From contig CAVVUS010000030.1 of the NCBI GenBank assembly GCA_963751345.1, forward strand, positions 160,001 through 224,000: a DNA stretch of 64,000 bases. The letters run 5' to 3'. The notes beneath the pieces were generated by a model. The model did no database searches and was not told the origin of the DNA. It was given only the letters and a program-made list of their open reading frames with translations. The stretch comes from an uncultured Chloroflexia bacterium. GTDB taxonomy: Bacteria > Chloroflexota > Anaerolineae > B4-G1 > SLSP01. Both the position numbers and the translations under genes were made by a program. This document shows positions 19,966 through 32,054 of this stretch, one piece after another. Within the stretch, counting starts at the first letter, position 1, and every line of letters begins with the position of its first letter.

Positions 19966-22134
19966 CTACTCGGTCTCCGACTCGAGGGCTAACATTGCCT
20001 TCAGTCTGGGCACGTAGTAACGCTCCGTATATTCCTTGACCATACGCCGGGTGGAAAACTGCGGGCCAATGGTGCGGATGGATTCCCGCATCATAGCAAC
20101 CCAGCCGCGCGGTACATAGTCCCGGTCACGCTGGTAGAAGAGCGGGACGACCTGCTCCTCCAGGATACGATAGAGCGCATCCACATCGGCGCGATCTTGC
20201 TCTTCCTGGTTATCGGTCTCGACACCCGAAGCGATTGCCCAACCGTTGCGACCGTTATAGGCCTCAGCCCACCATCCATCGAGAATACTGAGGTTCAGCA
20301 CGCCGTTGAAGCCTGCCTTCATCCCGCTGGTACCGCTCGCCTCGTTGGGCCTGCGCGGAGTATTGAGCCAGACGTCGGCCCCTTGGACCAGGTAACGTGC
20401 AATGTGCATATCGTAGTCCTCTACGAATGCAATGCGTCCGCCGAATCTCGGGTCGCGGGCATAATTATAGAGCTGCTGAAGCAGTAGTTTGCCGGGATCA
20501 TCCGCAGGATGCGCCTTACCGGCGAAGATGAGCTGTACCGGGCGGTACGGATCGTGCACCAACCGCATCAGCCGGTCCACATCCCTAAACAGAAGCGTGG
20601 CACGCTTGTAGGTGGCGAAGCGACGCGCGAACCCAATCACCAGGGCGTTGGGATCCAGGAAAATCCCGGAGGCTAGCAGTTGCTCGGGCGGCACGGCGCG
20701 CGCGATCCAGTCTTGTCGGGCCCGCTCTCGAATGATCGAGAACATCTTCTGCTTGAGGTAGGTGTGAGCATCCCACAATTCGTCATCGGGGATTTCCTCA
20801 ACCCGAGCCCACAACAACGGATCGTCCTGACGACGAATCCAATCGGGGCTGATGTATCTCCGATAAAGCCGGTGCATTCCCTCACCCGTCCACGAAGCCA
20901 GATGCACCCCATTCGTGACGTAGTCGATCGGGACGTCCGCCACCTTCTTGTCCGGCCAGAGGCTCTGCCACATCTGTCTGGTGACCTTACCGTGAAGCTC
21001 GCTCACGCCGTTTGCCTGGCCGGACATCTCCAGTGCCAATTTGGTCATATTGAAGCCGGCTCCATATCCGGCGTCATAACTTCCTAACGCCAGGAAATCG
21101 TTGCGATCCAGCCCCAATTCGGACCAATAGCCGTGGAAGTACTTGTCAATCAGCCCGAAATCAAAGACATCGTGGCCCGCCGGCACCGGGGTGTGGGTCG
21201 TGAAAACGGTCCCGGCTCGAACCCGCTCGCTCGCCTCCGCGAAACTGAGTCCCTGCTTCACGTATTCGCGGGCACGCTCCAGCACCATGAAGGCGGAATG
21301 CCCCTCGTTGATATGCCACACCTTCGGCGCAATCCCCAACCCACGCAGGATACGGACCCCGCCGATCCCCAACAGGATCTCCTGTTGGATTCGCATCTCG
21401 CGGTCACCACCGTAGAGGCGCGCGGTCAGTTGCCGATCCCAGGGAGCATTCTCGTCGACGCCTGCGTCGATGAGATAGAGCCGCGCCCTCCCGACCAGCA
21501 CCTCCCAGAGCTGCAGACAGATGCTCCGGTCACCGACGTCGACGGAAATCGTGCCACACGCATCTTCCTCCAGCGTGATACGCCGCAGAGCCACCTCATC
21601 GGGGTCGAGCGGGGGGTAAATGGCCTCTTGCCAGCCACTGTGATCAAGCCTCTGGCGGAAGTAACCTTGCTCGTAGAGGAAGCCGACCGCGACGAATGGC
21701 AGACCTAGGTCACTGGCTTCTTTGGTGTGGTCACCCGACAGGATGCCCAACCCGCCCGAGTAGATGGGCAGCGAGCTGTGCAAGCCAAACTCGGCGGAAA
21801 AATACGCGATCGGATGCTCGCTGAGCTCAGGATGAATCTGCCGATACCAGGGCTGACCATCCTTTGTCTCGCGATCCAGTTCCATCAAGACAGCGTCAAA
21901 ATCCCGCAGGAAGGCAGGATCCTTGGTCAAGTTGGCGATGCGCTCTTGAGGTGCCTCGCGTAGGATGCGCACCGGATTATGCCGTGTCGTCGTCCAGAGG
22001 GTACGGTCAAACTGCTTGAAAAGGTCACGCGAATCGCGATGCCACGACCACCAAAAATCGTAAGCGAGATCCGCAAGACGTGAGAGACGCGGCGTCAGCT
22101 TTTGGCTGATTTCTTCGTTATAGTTCTTTACCAC
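19966..22134 (-). CDS. glgP: Alpha-glucan (glycogen) phosphorylase
   Basis: YFSAEFG, YSGGLGILSGD, NEGH, FARRFATYKR, EASGTSGMK, DGWW. Confidence 0.95.
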   Translation of the reverse strand: MVKNYNEEISQKLTPRLSRLADLAYDFWWSWHRDSRDLFKQFDRTLWTTTRHNPVRILREAPQERIANLTKDPAFLRDFDAVLMELDRETKDGQPWYRQIHPELSEHPIAYFSAEFGLHSSLPIYSGGLGILSGDHTKEASDLGLPFVAVGFLYEQGYFRQRLDHSGWQEAIYPPLDPDEVALRRITLEEDACGTISVDVGDRSICLQLWEVLVGRARLYLIDAGVDENAPWDRQLTARLYGGDREMRIQQEILLGIGGVRILRGLGIAPKVWHINEGHSAFMVLERAREYVKQGLSFAEASERVRAGTVFTTHTPVPAGHDVFDFGLIDKYFHGYWSELGLDRNDFLALGSYDAGYGAGFNMTKLALEMSGQANGVSELHGKVTRQMWQSLWPDKKVADVPIDYVTNGVHLASWTGEGMHRLYRRYISPDWIRRQDDPLLWARVEEIPDDELWDAHTYLKQKMFSIIRERARQDWIARAVPPEQLLASGIFLDPNALVIGFARRFATYKRATLLFRDVDRLMRLVHDPYRPVQLIFAGKAHPADDPGKLLLQQLYNYARDPRFGGRIAFVEDYDMHIARYLVQGADVWLNTPRRPNEASGTSGMKAGFNGVLNLSILDGWWAEAYNGRNGWAIASGVETDNQEEQDRADVDALYRILEEQVVPLFYQRDRDYVPRGWVAMMRESIRTIGPQFSTRRMVKEYTERYYVPRLKAMLALESETE

Positions 22135-22217
22135 GTGTTACCACTTTCTACCGGCAAATTAGGGATAAGAGCGGGAAATGGCCACGACCCTGCAGCCCCT
22201 GTAATCCGGGGCGGAGG

Positions 22218-23054
22218 TCACGGCCGTATCCACAAAACTAAGACAAACATCAAAAGCGCAATAATCACGAATTCGATGACGATGCGTTGGGTCAGTCGCT
22301 CCAGCAAATGCTGGTAGCCGATGCCGCACCAGATATAGAGCCCAAGTGCCAGCATCGTCGCTGCCGTCCAGGTGGAGATAGGCCAATACCCCAAGATCCA
22401 CGCGAGCTGACTCTCCAGCAAACCGATCGTCGCGCCGTAGAGCATCACCTGGCCGGTCTTGGCACCCGAAGCACTCAAGAGATCCAGCGCAAGCAAACCA
22501 CTTACAAGCAGAACCGATGGCGCGGTGATCAACGCTCTCCCCTGTTGGCCCAAGCTCAGACTGAACAGAACAAAGCCCAGCAGGTAATCCACAACGTTGA
22601 GAAGCGTTCGGGCGCCGGGATAGGAAGGGGTTCGCGATGAGATAGCCTGGTAACTAAAGTGCACCAGGATTCCGATGGTAGCTCCACCAAGAATGAGCGA
22701 GGCAAGCCAGAGCGGCCAGGTGGAAGCTTGGATCAGAAGGACCGAGATCAAAAGAGCCCCGATCGAGGGAGTGATCAAGGAGAAGAGCATCGGCCGCTCC
22801 CGGCTGTCCTGCTGGGGATGATCCTGCACGATGGAAAGGGTACCCGTCGCCACAAGACCGACCACGAGAAGTGTCAGCAGCACGCCGCCGCCGAAGGAAA
22901 ACCCCAGAGGGGATCCGAAAATCTGCAGCGCCCCCCAACTGAGGGTCGGCAACTCGACAAATCGAAAGAGCGTCACACTCGTGAGGACGACCGCCAGCAA
23001 AATGCTTAGCTTGTCTCGCTCAGGACGGAGACGCTCTAGAGCCTGACTAGACAT
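22218..23054 (-). CDS. Multi-pass membrane protein (possibly DUF5656-like)
   Basis: About 8-9 hydrophobic segments. Confidence 0.65.
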   Translation of the reverse strand: MSSQALERLRPERDKLSILLAVVLTSVTLFRFVELPTLSWGALQIFGSPLGFSFGGGVLLTLLVVGLVATGTLSIVQDHPQQDSRERPMLFSLITPSIGALLISVLLIQASTWPLWLASLILGGATIGILVHFSYQAISSRTPSYPGARTLLNVVDYLLGFVLFSLSLGQQGRALITAPSVLLVSGLLALDLLSASGAKTGQVMLYGATIGLLESQLAWILGYWPISTWTAATMLALGLYIWCGIGYQHLLERLTQRIVIEFVIIALLMFVLVLWIRP

Positions 23055-23178
23055 TTGGCTATTCTACCGGTCTGGTGATGCTTGTCAACCCCTAAAGACC
23101 ACTTGATCGCAATAAGGATTGCAGGAATCAAGGCCAAACCCCCTCGGCAGGGGCATACGGTAGCCAAATCGCTCAACG

Positions 23179-23527
<349 letters not shown>

Positions 23528-23542
23528 GGCGACTCGGCAGGA

Positions 23543-24997
23543 CTACCGGAGGTCCTTCGTCAGGACGTCCAGGAATTCACGATTGGTGCGGGACTTGCGC
23601 AACTGCGCCAGCAACGCCTCATGGGCCGCGGTGATATCATAGCCCTGCTGTGTCGCCGTACCCGACATCATTTGCGAGACCATCCGGCGCATCAGCCATA
23701 CCTTGCGCAGGGTCTCCTTATCCAACAACAGCTCCTCGCGCCGCGTGCCCGAACGGATGATGTCGAAGGCCGGGAAGATACGCCGCTCCTCCAACTTGCG
23801 ATTGAGGTGGAGTTCCATGTTACCCGTCCCCTTGAACTCCTCGTAGATCATATCATCCATCCGGCTGCCGGTGTCGATGAGGCACGTCGCCAGGATCGTC
23901 AGGCTTCCGCCTTCCTCGATATTGCGGGCCGCACCGAAGAAGCGTTTGGGCGGATAGAGCGCCGCGGGGTCAAGACCGCCGGAAAGCGTACGACCACTGG
24001 GTTGGACCGTCAGGTTGTAAGCCCGTGTCAGCCGGGTCAGGCTGTCCATCAGGATCGCCACGTCACGGCCCACCTCCACCAAGCGCTTGGCGCGATGGAG
24101 TGCCATCTCCGCCACGTGCGCCTGGTGCTCCACGGCCTCATCAAACGTCGAGCTGATCACCTCAGCATCGACGGAGCGGTCCATGTCCGTGACCTCCTCA
24201 GGACGCTCGCCAATCAACACGACCATCAGATGGACGTCCGGATGGTTGGCGGAGATGCCGTTGGCCACCTTCTTGAGGACCGTGGTCTTGCCTGCCTTGG
24301 GCGGCGAGACGATCAAACCGCGCTGACCGAAGCCGATAGGTGTCACCAGCTCAACCAAGCGCTGCGTGAGCATCCGCGGACCGGTGTTCAGATTAAAGGC
24401 CCGATTCGGAAAGATGGGGGTCAATCGCTCGAAATGCGGGCGATGTTTTGCCAACTCCGGATCCATGCCATTCACAGCCTCAATTCGCAGAAGGCTGCGG
24501 TACTTCTCCGTATCCTTCGGTGGACGCACCTGCCCGACCACCATATCGCCACTCCGCAGACCAAACCGCCGGATCTGGCTCTGGGACACGTAGACATCGT
24601 CCGAACCTGGGGCGTAGCGTGAGGATCGCAGGAATCCGATGCCTTCGTCTACGATTTCGAGGATCCCGCCGCCGAAGCTGAACCCCTCGCGCTCTGCCTT
24701 CGTCCTCAACAGTAGAAGGATCAGGTCATCCTTCTTGAGGCCACTGTACCCGGAAACCCGATAGTCTCGCGCCAACTCCCGCAGCTCATGTAGGCGCATG
24801 CGTTCCAGGTCCGCCATGTCCATCTTGCGCAGTACGTCGACCTGTGAACTCCCACGGCTCTCCTCACGTCCGTGGTGGTCTCCGTCTCCCTCCGATGCCG
24901 ATACTTCCGGCTCCTCTACCACGACTGCTTCGGGTTCCTCCTCTGGTTCCGAGAACTCGAACTCATCTTCAACTCGCAGCTGTTCCTCTGAATGCAC
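23543..24997 (-). CDS. rho: Transcription termination factor Rho
   Basis: [55 protein letters not shown]. Confidence 0.97.
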   Translation of the reverse strand: MHSEEQLRVEDEFEFSEPEEEPEAVVVEEPEVSASEGDGDHHGREESRGSSQVDVLRKMDMADLERMRLHELRELARDYRVSGYSGLKKDDLILLLLRTKAEREGFSFGGGILEIVDEGIGFLRSSRYAPGSDDVYVSQSQIRRFGLRSGDMVVGQVRPPKDTEKYRSLLRIEAVNGMDPELAKHRPHFERLTPIFPNRAFNLNTGPRMLTQRLVELVTPIGFGQRGLIVSPPKAGKTTVLKKVANGISANHPDVHLMVVLIGERPEEVTDMDRSVDAEVISSTFDEAVEHQAHVAEMALHRAKRLVEVGRDVAILMDSLTRLTRAYNLTVQPSGRTLSGGLDPAALYPPKRFFGAARNIEEGGSLTILATCLIDTGSRMDDMIYEEFKGTGNMELHLNRKLEERRIFPAFDIIRSGTRREELLLDKETLRKVWLMRRMVSQMMSGTATQQGYDITAAHEALLAQLRKSRTNREFLDVLTKDLR

Positions 24998-25035
24998 GTT
25001 ACCCCTCCTGAATGGTTACCTGTAAACCATATGGT

Positions 25036-25855
25036 TTATGTCAATAGTCGGGCGAGTACATCGCCCAGAATCCCAGCCCACAGAAGGCTGTCAATACGAT
25101 CCAACATACCCCCATGACCTGGGATCAAGCTGCCCGTATCTTTGACCCCAACCTCACGTTTCATCATCGATACGAAGAAGTCACCTGCCGGGCAGAAAAC
25201 GCTCAAGATAATGCCAAGGACAAATCCTTGCCAGACGGTGAAGAATCGCCGTCTGACCGAAAAGCACTGGCCACAACCAAACCAAGAATCCGCCGGCCAA
25301 AGAGCCACCCAGTACCTGAGCAGCATACCCCTCCCAACTCTTGCCGGGGCTAATGGTCGGTGCCATCTTGTGGCGCCCCCATTTACGTCCGATGAAATAG
25401 GCCGCAGAATCACCAATCCAGACGATCGCGCACGCCGTAAGAATCCACCAAAGCCCTCCAGGCCGGGCCCTTAAGCTGATCAAGTTGGCGCCGCCCAGCC
25501 CCAGATACATAGCGCCGGACAGTGTCAGGGCCCACTGTTCGCTCGGAGCCAGTCGCTCAGGGTGGATGACCAACTGCACCAACTCCCACAGTGAGAGGGC
25601 CAGAACCGCGATAGAGATGGCCGGCAGAAACCACGGGCGATTGGTCCATACGGCATTAGCTTCCCATATCAGCGTGATACCCAATATCAAGGGCAGACTG
25701 AAAGCATACCCTTTGCGACGAAACATCCTTATCAACTCGAACGCCGCCAAGAACATCACGGCAACGATAAGCAGGTTATAAATCCATCCTCCGAGAACAA
25801 AGATCAATACAGCCAAAGGTAGCAGGACGACGGCACTGATGATTCTCTGTCTCAC
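25036..25855 (-). CDS. cdsA: Phosphatidate cytidylyltransferase; frameshift near 25250
   Basis: DSAAYFIG, ISPGKSWEG, then KREVGVKDTGSLIPGHGGMLDRIDS. Confidence 0.9.
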
Positions 25856-26237
25856 CGAGTAGCTCTACTTTCGGGTCTTCAGGATGTAAATGGCAGTGGA
25901 TCGGCCCTACGTTGTCTCAAGGAGTAGCGTAATAATCCGCAACTGCTCATGAGCTATCATCGCCATGCTAAGAGCCGCCAGGGCGCCCTTACCTGTAGGC
26001 AACACTCTCACATGAGACGAGCCATCACTCGGACTTGGCCAAGAGCCAACCTATGAGGCAATGCCGAAAGTGGCACCGATCACTCGCAGGGCGCATGCTC
26101 GGAAATCACCGAGCGCGCCTGAGGTATGACTCAGTCCAAATCTAAAGAGATGAAAGGTCAGTGCTGGCTTTGAGGGGCTGGGCTCCCTAGGAGAATCGTT
26201 CCCAGGGGGGAGATTCGGAAAAGATATAAATATACTG

Positions 26238-26969
26238 CTAGTTTCTACTCAATCCACCGTAGCGACGATCACGCTCACCAAAGGCCTTCAATGCTCTGTA
26301 AAACTCAGCCTTGTCAAAATCCGGCCAATACACGGGTGTGATATAGTACTCTGCATAGGCGCCCTGCCACAACATGAAATTGCTCACCCGAAACTCCCCA
26401 CTGGTTCTGATGATCAGGTCAACGTCGGGTAGTCCGGCTGTATACAGGTGCGCACCGATGGTATCGGCTGTAATATCCTCCGCTGGTATCTTCTCTCGGA
26501 CGATATCGCGAACAGCAGCAACAATCTCCTGACGTCCACCATAGTTGAAAGCGATATTGGCAATCAGACGATCGTTATTACGCGTTAACTCTACTGCTGT
26601 CCGGATCTGACGTTTGAGGGCATCAGACAATGGAGTCAAATCCCCAATGTGTCTTAATTGTACACCATTTTTGTGTAATTCGTCAACTTCTTTCTCCAAT
26701 GCTTCACCAAGAAGGCGAAGTAGTCCCCGGATCTCTTCTTCAGGTCGCGTCCAGTTCTCAGTGGAGAAAGCATAGAGCGTCACAACCGGCACGTCCAGCT
26801 CGACAGCGGCACGCAGAACGCGACGCAAGTTTTCGACTCCGGCACGATGCCCTGCCAGGCGAAACATCCCGTGGTCTCGTGCCCAACGTCCGTTACCGTC
26901 CATAATGATGCCGACATGCTTAGGCATCATGGGGAGGGGTGGATAACTACTTTGAGGCATATCGCTCAT
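26238..26969 (-). CDS. uppS: Undecaprenyl diphosphate synthase
   Basis: IMDGNGRWA, AFSTENW, YGGRQEI, DLIIRTSGE.R.SNF. Confidence 0.96.
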   Translation of the reverse strand: MSDMPQSSYPPLPMMPKHVGIIMDGNGRWARDHGMFRLAGHRAGVENLRRVLRAAVELDVPVVTLYAFSTENWTRPEEEIRGLLRLLGEALEKEVDELHKNGVQLRHIGDLTPLSDALKRQIRTAVELTRNNDRLIANIAFNYGGRQEIVAAVRDIVREKIPAEDITADTIGAHLYTAGLPDVDLIIRTSGEFRVSNFMLWQGAYAEYYITPVYWPDFDKAEFYRALKAFGERDRRYGGLSRN

Positions 26970-26981
26970 GGATTCCCCTAC

Positions 26982-27539
26982 TCAGATCTCCATGATATCC
27001 TGTTCTTTGCGAACGCCAACCTCATCTACCTGTTCCACATACTTATCCGTCAGGTCCTGCAGATCATCCTGACCTCGCTTCAATTCGTCCTCCGAGATCA
27101 GGCTCTCGCCCTCGTACTCACGCAAATCATCCAGGGTGTCACGGCGGATGTTGCGCAATGCAACTTTAGCCTCTTCGAGGCGGCGACTCACCCGTTTCAC
27201 CATCTCGCGACGCCGCTCCTCCGTAAGCCGGGGAATCGGCACACGGATCAACCGCCCGTCGTTCCCGGGATTCAAGCCCAGATCCGCCGACATAATCGCT
27301 TTCTCAATATCGCTGAGCGATGTGGGATCAAAGGGGCGGACCACCAGCAAGTTCGGCTCCGGAGCTGAGATCACGGCCAACTGATTCAGAGGCGTCAGGG
27401 TACCATAATACTCTACCATCACACGTTCGACCAGAGCGGGAGATGCACGGCCAGTCCGGACGGTCTTGAGGTCCTGCTCCAATGCCTGCACAGTCTTGAC
27501 CATCCGACTCTCAGTATCTTGTAGTAGTTCCCTGATCAT
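26982..27539 (-). CDS. frr: Ribosome recycling factor
   Basis: RTGRASP, LGLNP.NDG, P.LTEERR, RNIRRD. Confidence 0.97.
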   Translation of the reverse strand: MIRELLQDTESRMVKTVQALEQDLKTVRTGRASPALVERVMVEYYGTLTPLNQLAVISAPEPNLLVVRPFDPTSLSDIEKAIMSADLGLNPGNDGRLIRVPIPRLTEERRREMVKRVSRRLEEAKVALRNIRRDTLDDLREYEGESLISEDELKRGQDDLQDLTDKYVEQVDEVGVRKEQDIMEI

Positions 27540-27609
27540 GTTGCTAGACCTCCTCGAAATCGCTGGGCCCGATTACCTCGTCATCACAGCCGGCAGCCGC
27601 TGCCGCCAA

Positions 27610-28326
27610 TCAGCCGCCGATCAGCGTGCCGACCAACTCGCCGCAGACGACCCGGTCCAAGCTACCCTCGTCCCACAGGTTCAGGACGACGATCGGAACG
27701 TGGTTGTCCATACACAGCGTGACTGCAGTCGAATCCATAACCCCCAACTGCATATTGAGCGCATCAAGATACGTAAGCCGGTCGAAACGCTTCGCCGCCG
27801 GATATTTGTGGGGGTCCTTGTCATAGACGCCGTCCACCTTGGTCGCCTTAACCAACAGATCAGCGCCAATCTCTGCTGCGCGCAAGGCCGCGGCGGTATC
27901 CGTCGTGAAGTAGGGGTTGCCCGTCCCGGCACCAAACACCACCACGCGTCCCTTCTCCAGATGTCGCACGGCCCTGAGTCGAATATAGGGTTCGGCAATC
28001 GCGCGCATCTCAACCGCGGTTTGAACACGCGTGATGACACCCTGGCGCTCAAGCGCATCGGCAAGCGCCAGGGCATTCATCACCGTGGCCAACATGCCGA
28101 TCTGGTCGGCCCGCGTGCGATCCATACCGGTGGCCATCCCATCCGTGCCACGCCAGAGGTTTCCGCCGCCGATGACGATACCGACCTCGATATCACGGGC
28201 ATGGATTGCGGCGATGCGCGCCGCGACAATCTCAGCTTGCGCCGGATCGATACCACATCCACCGGGATTGGATAGCGATTCCCCACCGATCTTGATGATC
28301 ACACGTCTGTAGAATGGCTGTGTCAC
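27610..28326 (-). CDS. pyrH: UMP kinase
   Basis: [34 protein letters not shown]. Confidence 0.96.
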   Translation of the reverse strand: MTQPFYRRVIIKIGGESLSNPGGCGIDPAQAEIVAARIAAIHARDIEVGIVIGGGNLWRGTDGMATGMDRTRADQIGMLATVMNALALADALERQGVITRVQTAVEMRAIAEPYIRLRAVRHLEKGRVVVFGAGTGNPYFTTDTAAALRAAEIGADLLVKATKVDGVYDKDPHKYPAAKRFDRLTYLDALNMQLGVMDSTAVTLCMDNHVPIVVLNLWDEGSLDRVVCGELVGTLIGG

Positions 28327-28356
28327 AGTGGCCCTCACTTAAGAAAAGCCTGGGGG

Positions 28357-28962
28357 CTAATCCCCCAGGCTTTCTCCTAACTGATAGCGGGAAAAACGTC
28401 GGATGACGATATTCTCGCCGGTCTTGCTGATCTGTGCCTTGAGCAATTCCTCGATGGTCGTATCTTCGTCGCGGATGAAATCCTGCTCCAGGAGACAAAC
28501 CTGTTGATAGAACTTTTCCAAACGCCCCTCAACGATGCGGTCGATGACCTGTTCCGGCTTGCCTTCCTCCAGGGCCTGGGCGCGATATAGCTGTCGCTCG
28601 TGCTCCAGGAGATCCTCCGGCACGTCCGCCCGGGCCACGAACTGCGGCGCCAACGCTGCGATCTGCATCGCGACGTCGTTGACAAAGCCCTGGAACTCGT
28701 CAGTTCGTGCAACGAAGTCCGTCTCGCAGTTCACCTCGATCAAGACGCCGATGCGTCCGCCCGAATGGATATAAGCGTGAACCAAGCCTTCTTTGGCCTG
28801 ACGGTCCATTCGCTTGGCAGCCTGAGACAAGCCACGCTCGCGCAGGAAGTCCACAGCGCCATCGAAGCTCCCATCTGCGGCTTCCAGTGCCTTGCGGCAG
28901 TCCAAAATGCCGGCGCCCGTGGCCTCACGTAGTTCCTTAACCATTCCGGCAGTAATTGTCAT
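28357..28962 (-). CDS. tsf: Elongation factor Ts (short form)
   Basis: [22 protein letters not shown]. Confidence 0.97.
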   Translation of the reverse strand: MTITAGMVKELREATGAGILDCRKALEAADGSFDGAVDFLRERGLSQAAKRMDRQAKEGLVHAYIHSGGRIGVLIEVNCETDFVARTDEFQGFVNDVAMQIAALAPQFVARADVPEDLLEHERQLYRAQALEEGKPEQVIDRIVEGRLEKFYQQVCLLEQDFIRDEDTTIEELLKAQISKTGENIVIRRFSRYQLGESLGD

Positions 28963-29837
28963 AGCTCGTCCTCCACAACGTCCTCGTCCTCTTCCTCGTC
29001 GTCTTCATACACATACTCTTCATCTTCATCCACGTCTTCGTCCGTATCCCCATCATCCTCGAATTGGATACGGCGTAGGCGAGCCAAGGTCTCGGCGCTC
29101 AGGTACTTCTCGTCCTCCGCATAGACCTCTTCTTCTTCAGGTGCCATTTCCTTCCGGAGTGCAATTCCCTCAAGCGCGGCATCCGCGATCTTCGAGGTGA
29201 GCAAGCGAATTGCGCGAATCGCATCATCGTTGGCGGGGATAACATAGTCGATCAGATCGGGATCACAGTTCGTGTCCACCACGGCCACGATGGGAATCCC
29301 AAGCCGGTCGGCCTCTTTCACCGCCGTCGACTCGTTGTTCACATCGATAATGAAGACAGCTCCCGGGAGCCGTTCCATATCCTTGATGCCGCCAAGACGC
29401 ACATTCAGCTTCTCAATCTCCCGATCGCGCGTCAAAGCCTCTCGCTTGGTGAGCAGGGCGAACTCCCCAGCCTCCCTACGCGCCTCGAGGTCCTTAAGAT
29501 GGTCAATCCGCTCTTTGATGGTCTTCCAGTTGGTCAGCGTACCGCCGAGCCACCGCTGATTCACATAGGGCATCCCAGCGCGGGTCGACTCCAACCGAAT
29601 GCTCTCCTGGGCCTGGCGCTTCGTTCCCACAAAGAGGATCTTCCCCCCGTTGGCAACGATATCGCGGACCAACGCATACGCCTTGTCAAGTGCTTTCACG
29701 GTCTGCTGTAGATCAATGATGTGAACCCCATTGCGCTCCGTATAGATATAGCGCGCCATCTTGGGATCCCACCGCCGCGTTCGATGACCGAAATGAACAC
29801 CGGTCTCCAGCAGTTGCTTCATCGTCACAATCGCCAT
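28959..29837 (-). CDS. rpsB: 30S ribosomal protein S2 with acidic tail
   Basis: [27 protein letters not shown]. Confidence 0.97.
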   Translation of the reverse strand: MAIVTMKQLLETGVHFGHRTRRWDPKMARYIYTERNGVHIIDLQQTVKALDKAYALVRDIVANGGKILFVGTKRQAQESIRLESTRAGMPYVNQRWLGGTLTNWKTIKERIDHLKDLEARREAGEFALLTKREALTRDREIEKLNVRLGGIKDMERLPGAVFIIDVNNESTAVKEADRLGIPIVAVVDTNCDPDLIDYVIPANDDAIRAIRLLTSKIADAALEGIALRKEMAPEEEEVYAEDEKYLSAETLARLRRIQFEDDGDTDEDVDEDEEYVYEDDEEEDEDVVEDEL

Positions 29838-29859
29838 AAACCTCAATCCTCCTGATTTG

Positions 29860-29946
29860 TTTTTGGGCCTCCGCGATGTTCATCCCGCAAGAGGACCGGA
29901 CACTGCCGGCACACCCCCTCACAGTCCCACCGCGTGTGTATTGGGT
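29860..29946 (-). promoter_or_regulatory. Putative S2 (rpsB) autoregulatory leader RNA
   Basis: ACACACGCGGTG...GGTGCC...CGCGGAGGC directly upstream of rpsB, similar to the known S2 leader. Confidence 0.5.
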
Positions 29947-30112
29947 CTGGTTAGCCCGAACGAAGATTCTACCACAAAAGGCGCTTACGACAACCGCCAC
30001 ACACGCGGACACCTTGCGAAGGAAGGCCACCATTGGCGGTTCCCATGGACTCTGGTAAGATGTTGGCGGCGTGCCCTGCCGAACGGGCAACTTCCATCCT
30101 GGATCCGGAGCG

Positions 30113-31417
30113 ATGATGGGACCAACTACATCGAACTTGTCTGGCGTCATGTCCAGTCTCTGGCTGTGGGGATATCTCATTCCCCTCGGCCTGCTCTTGC
30201 TTGTATGGGGAGGCTTGGCGCCGGAAAAGGCACGCCGGGTGACACCGATGGCGGCGCTCGCGCTTGCGCTGGCTGCCCTGGGATATTGGGCGGTCGGGTT
30301 TGCCCTCCACATGGGAGGGGCTGAGGCTGTCAACCCAGCGGATCCTACACTTCAGGGACTGCATACGCTCTTTTCATTGGTTCCGGATGATCCCGGATGG
30401 GGCCTCGTCGGGCTGGCGGGTTTCTTCCTGTCGGGTGAGACAGCGCAGTCCGGCGGGTTTTCCCTCTTCCTGGCATACCTCCCCCTCATCGCAGCTTCAG
30501 TTCTGATGGTTACCCTGGCCCTGGCACATACACGCCGGTGGATCATGGTGATGGCGGGGGGACTGACCGGAACCATCATCGTGCCCGTGGCGGCGTGCTG
30601 GATGTGGGGCAGCGGCTGGCTCTCGCACCTGGGCGACACCCTGGGGCTCGCATACGGCTACGTGGACTTCGGCGGTACCACGCTGCTCCTCTGGCTTCCG
30701 GGATTGCTCGTCCTGCCGATTCTGTTACTTCAGCCCCGAGAATCGGCAACGGACGCGACAACGCCACCACCCACCTATGCGCCGCTGATGGCAAATGCGG
30801 GCGCCCTGCTCATGGGCCTCGGCTGGTTCGGATGGACCCTCTCCGATCCTTTCCACATGTCGGGAGCGCTCCTAAATTGGGACCGCGCGGCAGTTAGCAT
30901 GCTGCTCGCGATGGCCGGCGCTGTCGTGACGGCCCAACTATATGCGTGGTTGGTGATGGGCAAGCCGGAAATACTCCTGGCCGCGCAAGGTCTGGCGGCG
31001 GGATGGGGAGCTATCCTTGGCTGCGCGCCGTTCTTGCCGCCCTGGGGTGCTCTGATCACCGGAATGCTGGCCGGCCTCGCCTTCCCATTCATCCACTACG
31101 CCGTGCGCTCTTCCCTCAGGATTCGCGACGCGACGGCGGCTGTCGCGCTGGCGCTCACCAGCGGCCCTGTGGGACTGCTGGGTTCGACCCTGCTCGCGGA
31201 TGGGCGCTGGGGACAGGGATGGAACGGCATAGGACTGGCGCCGGATGGCAACTTCACCGGCCCCGGCGTCAGCAGCATCTTTGTCAGTGGCAACACCCAG
31301 CAGCTAACGGCGCAATTGGCCGGATTGGTGGCGGTGGGCATCTGGGGGCTGCTATGGGGAGCCATCCTCGGTGTGATCGCCAGCCCCAACCTGTTGGGCC
31401 GTTGGGGCCGGGACTAG
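30113..31417 (+). CDS. Divergent ammonium transporter (Amt) family protein
   Basis: YWAVGFAL, WMWGSGWL..LG..GYVDFGG, GWFGW, QL.G; about 11 TMs. Confidence 0.7.
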   Translation: MMGPTTSNLSGVMSSLWLWGYLIPLGLLLLVWGGLAPEKARRVTPMAALALALAALGYWAVGFALHMGGAEAVNPADPTLQGLHTLFSLVPDDPGWGLVGLAGFFLSGETAQSGGFSLFLAYLPLIAASVLMVTLALAHTRRWIMVMAGGLTGTIIVPVAACWMWGSGWLSHLGDTLGLAYGYVDFGGTTLLLWLPGLLVLPILLLQPRESATDATTPPPTYAPLMANAGALLMGLGWFGWTLSDPFHMSGALLNWDRAAVSMLLAMAGAVVTAQLYAWLVMGKPEILLAAQGLAAGWGAILGCAPFLPPWGALITGMLAGLAFPFIHYAVRSSLRIRDATAAVALALTSGPVGLLGSTLLADGRWGQGWNGIGLAPDGNFTGPGVSSIFVSGNTQQLTAQLAGLVAVGIWGLLWGAILGVIASPNLLGRWGRD

Positions 31418-31434
31418 AGTGAAAGAAGCGAGTT

Positions 31435-31983
31435 ATGCGCGTCATTGCCGGTAAAGCCAAGGGGCGACCGCTACATTCCGTCCAGGGTCCGGGCACACGT
31501 CCGATGACCAACCGGGCCAAGGCGGCCCTGTTCAGCATCATCGAGTCGCATATCAACGGATCCGACTTTCTGGACCTCTTCGCAGGCACCGGCCAGGTGG
31601 GCATTGAGGCCCTGAGCCGGGGGGCCGCACGCACGGTATTCGTGGAGCTGAATCCCTCTGCACTCAGGTCGATTCAGGGAAACCTCAGGTCAACAGACCT
31701 GCAAGATGGCGCCGAAATCGTCCGGGCAGACGTCTTCAAGTATCTGGGGACAAACCCACAGCCCTTTGACTACGTCTTTGTCGCTCCCCCACAGTATCGT
31801 GGATGGTGGCTGCAGACCCTCCAGCTTATCGACGCGGAGCCCGGGTGGCTCCACGATGACGGGTGGGTGATCGTACAGATCAACCCCACGGAATACGAGG
31901 CCGCCGAGCTGAGTAACCTGGTGCTCTTCGACCAACGCACCTACGGCAGCGTCATGCTTTGCTTCTACGCGCGGCCCGAGTAG
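31435..31983 (+). CDS. rsmD: 16S rRNA m2G966 methyltransferase
   Basis: MRVIAGKAKGR, TRP, LDLFAGTG.VGIEALSRGA, PPQY. Confidence 0.92.
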   Translation: MRVIAGKAKGRPLHSVQGPGTRPMTNRAKAALFSIIESHINGSDFLDLFAGTGQVGIEALSRGAARTVFVELNPSALRSIQGNLRSTDLQDGAEIVRADVFKYLGTNPQPFDYVFVAPPQYRGWWLQTLQLIDAEPGWLHDDGWVIVQINPTEYEAAELSNLVLFDQRTYGSVMLCFYARPE

Positions 31984-31997
31984 CCCGCTTACGGCCA

Positions 31998-32047
31998 GAC
32001 CTTTGGGGCCAAGCCCGAGTCTGCTCGGGCCGAAAACCCCAAAGGTC
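31998..32047. repeat. REP-like palindrome, copy 1
   Basis: gacctttgggg...ccccaaaggtc with inner hairpin gcccgag-tctg-ctcgggc; related to 55046-55105. Confidence 0.7.
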
Positions 32048-32054
32048 CTTGTCA

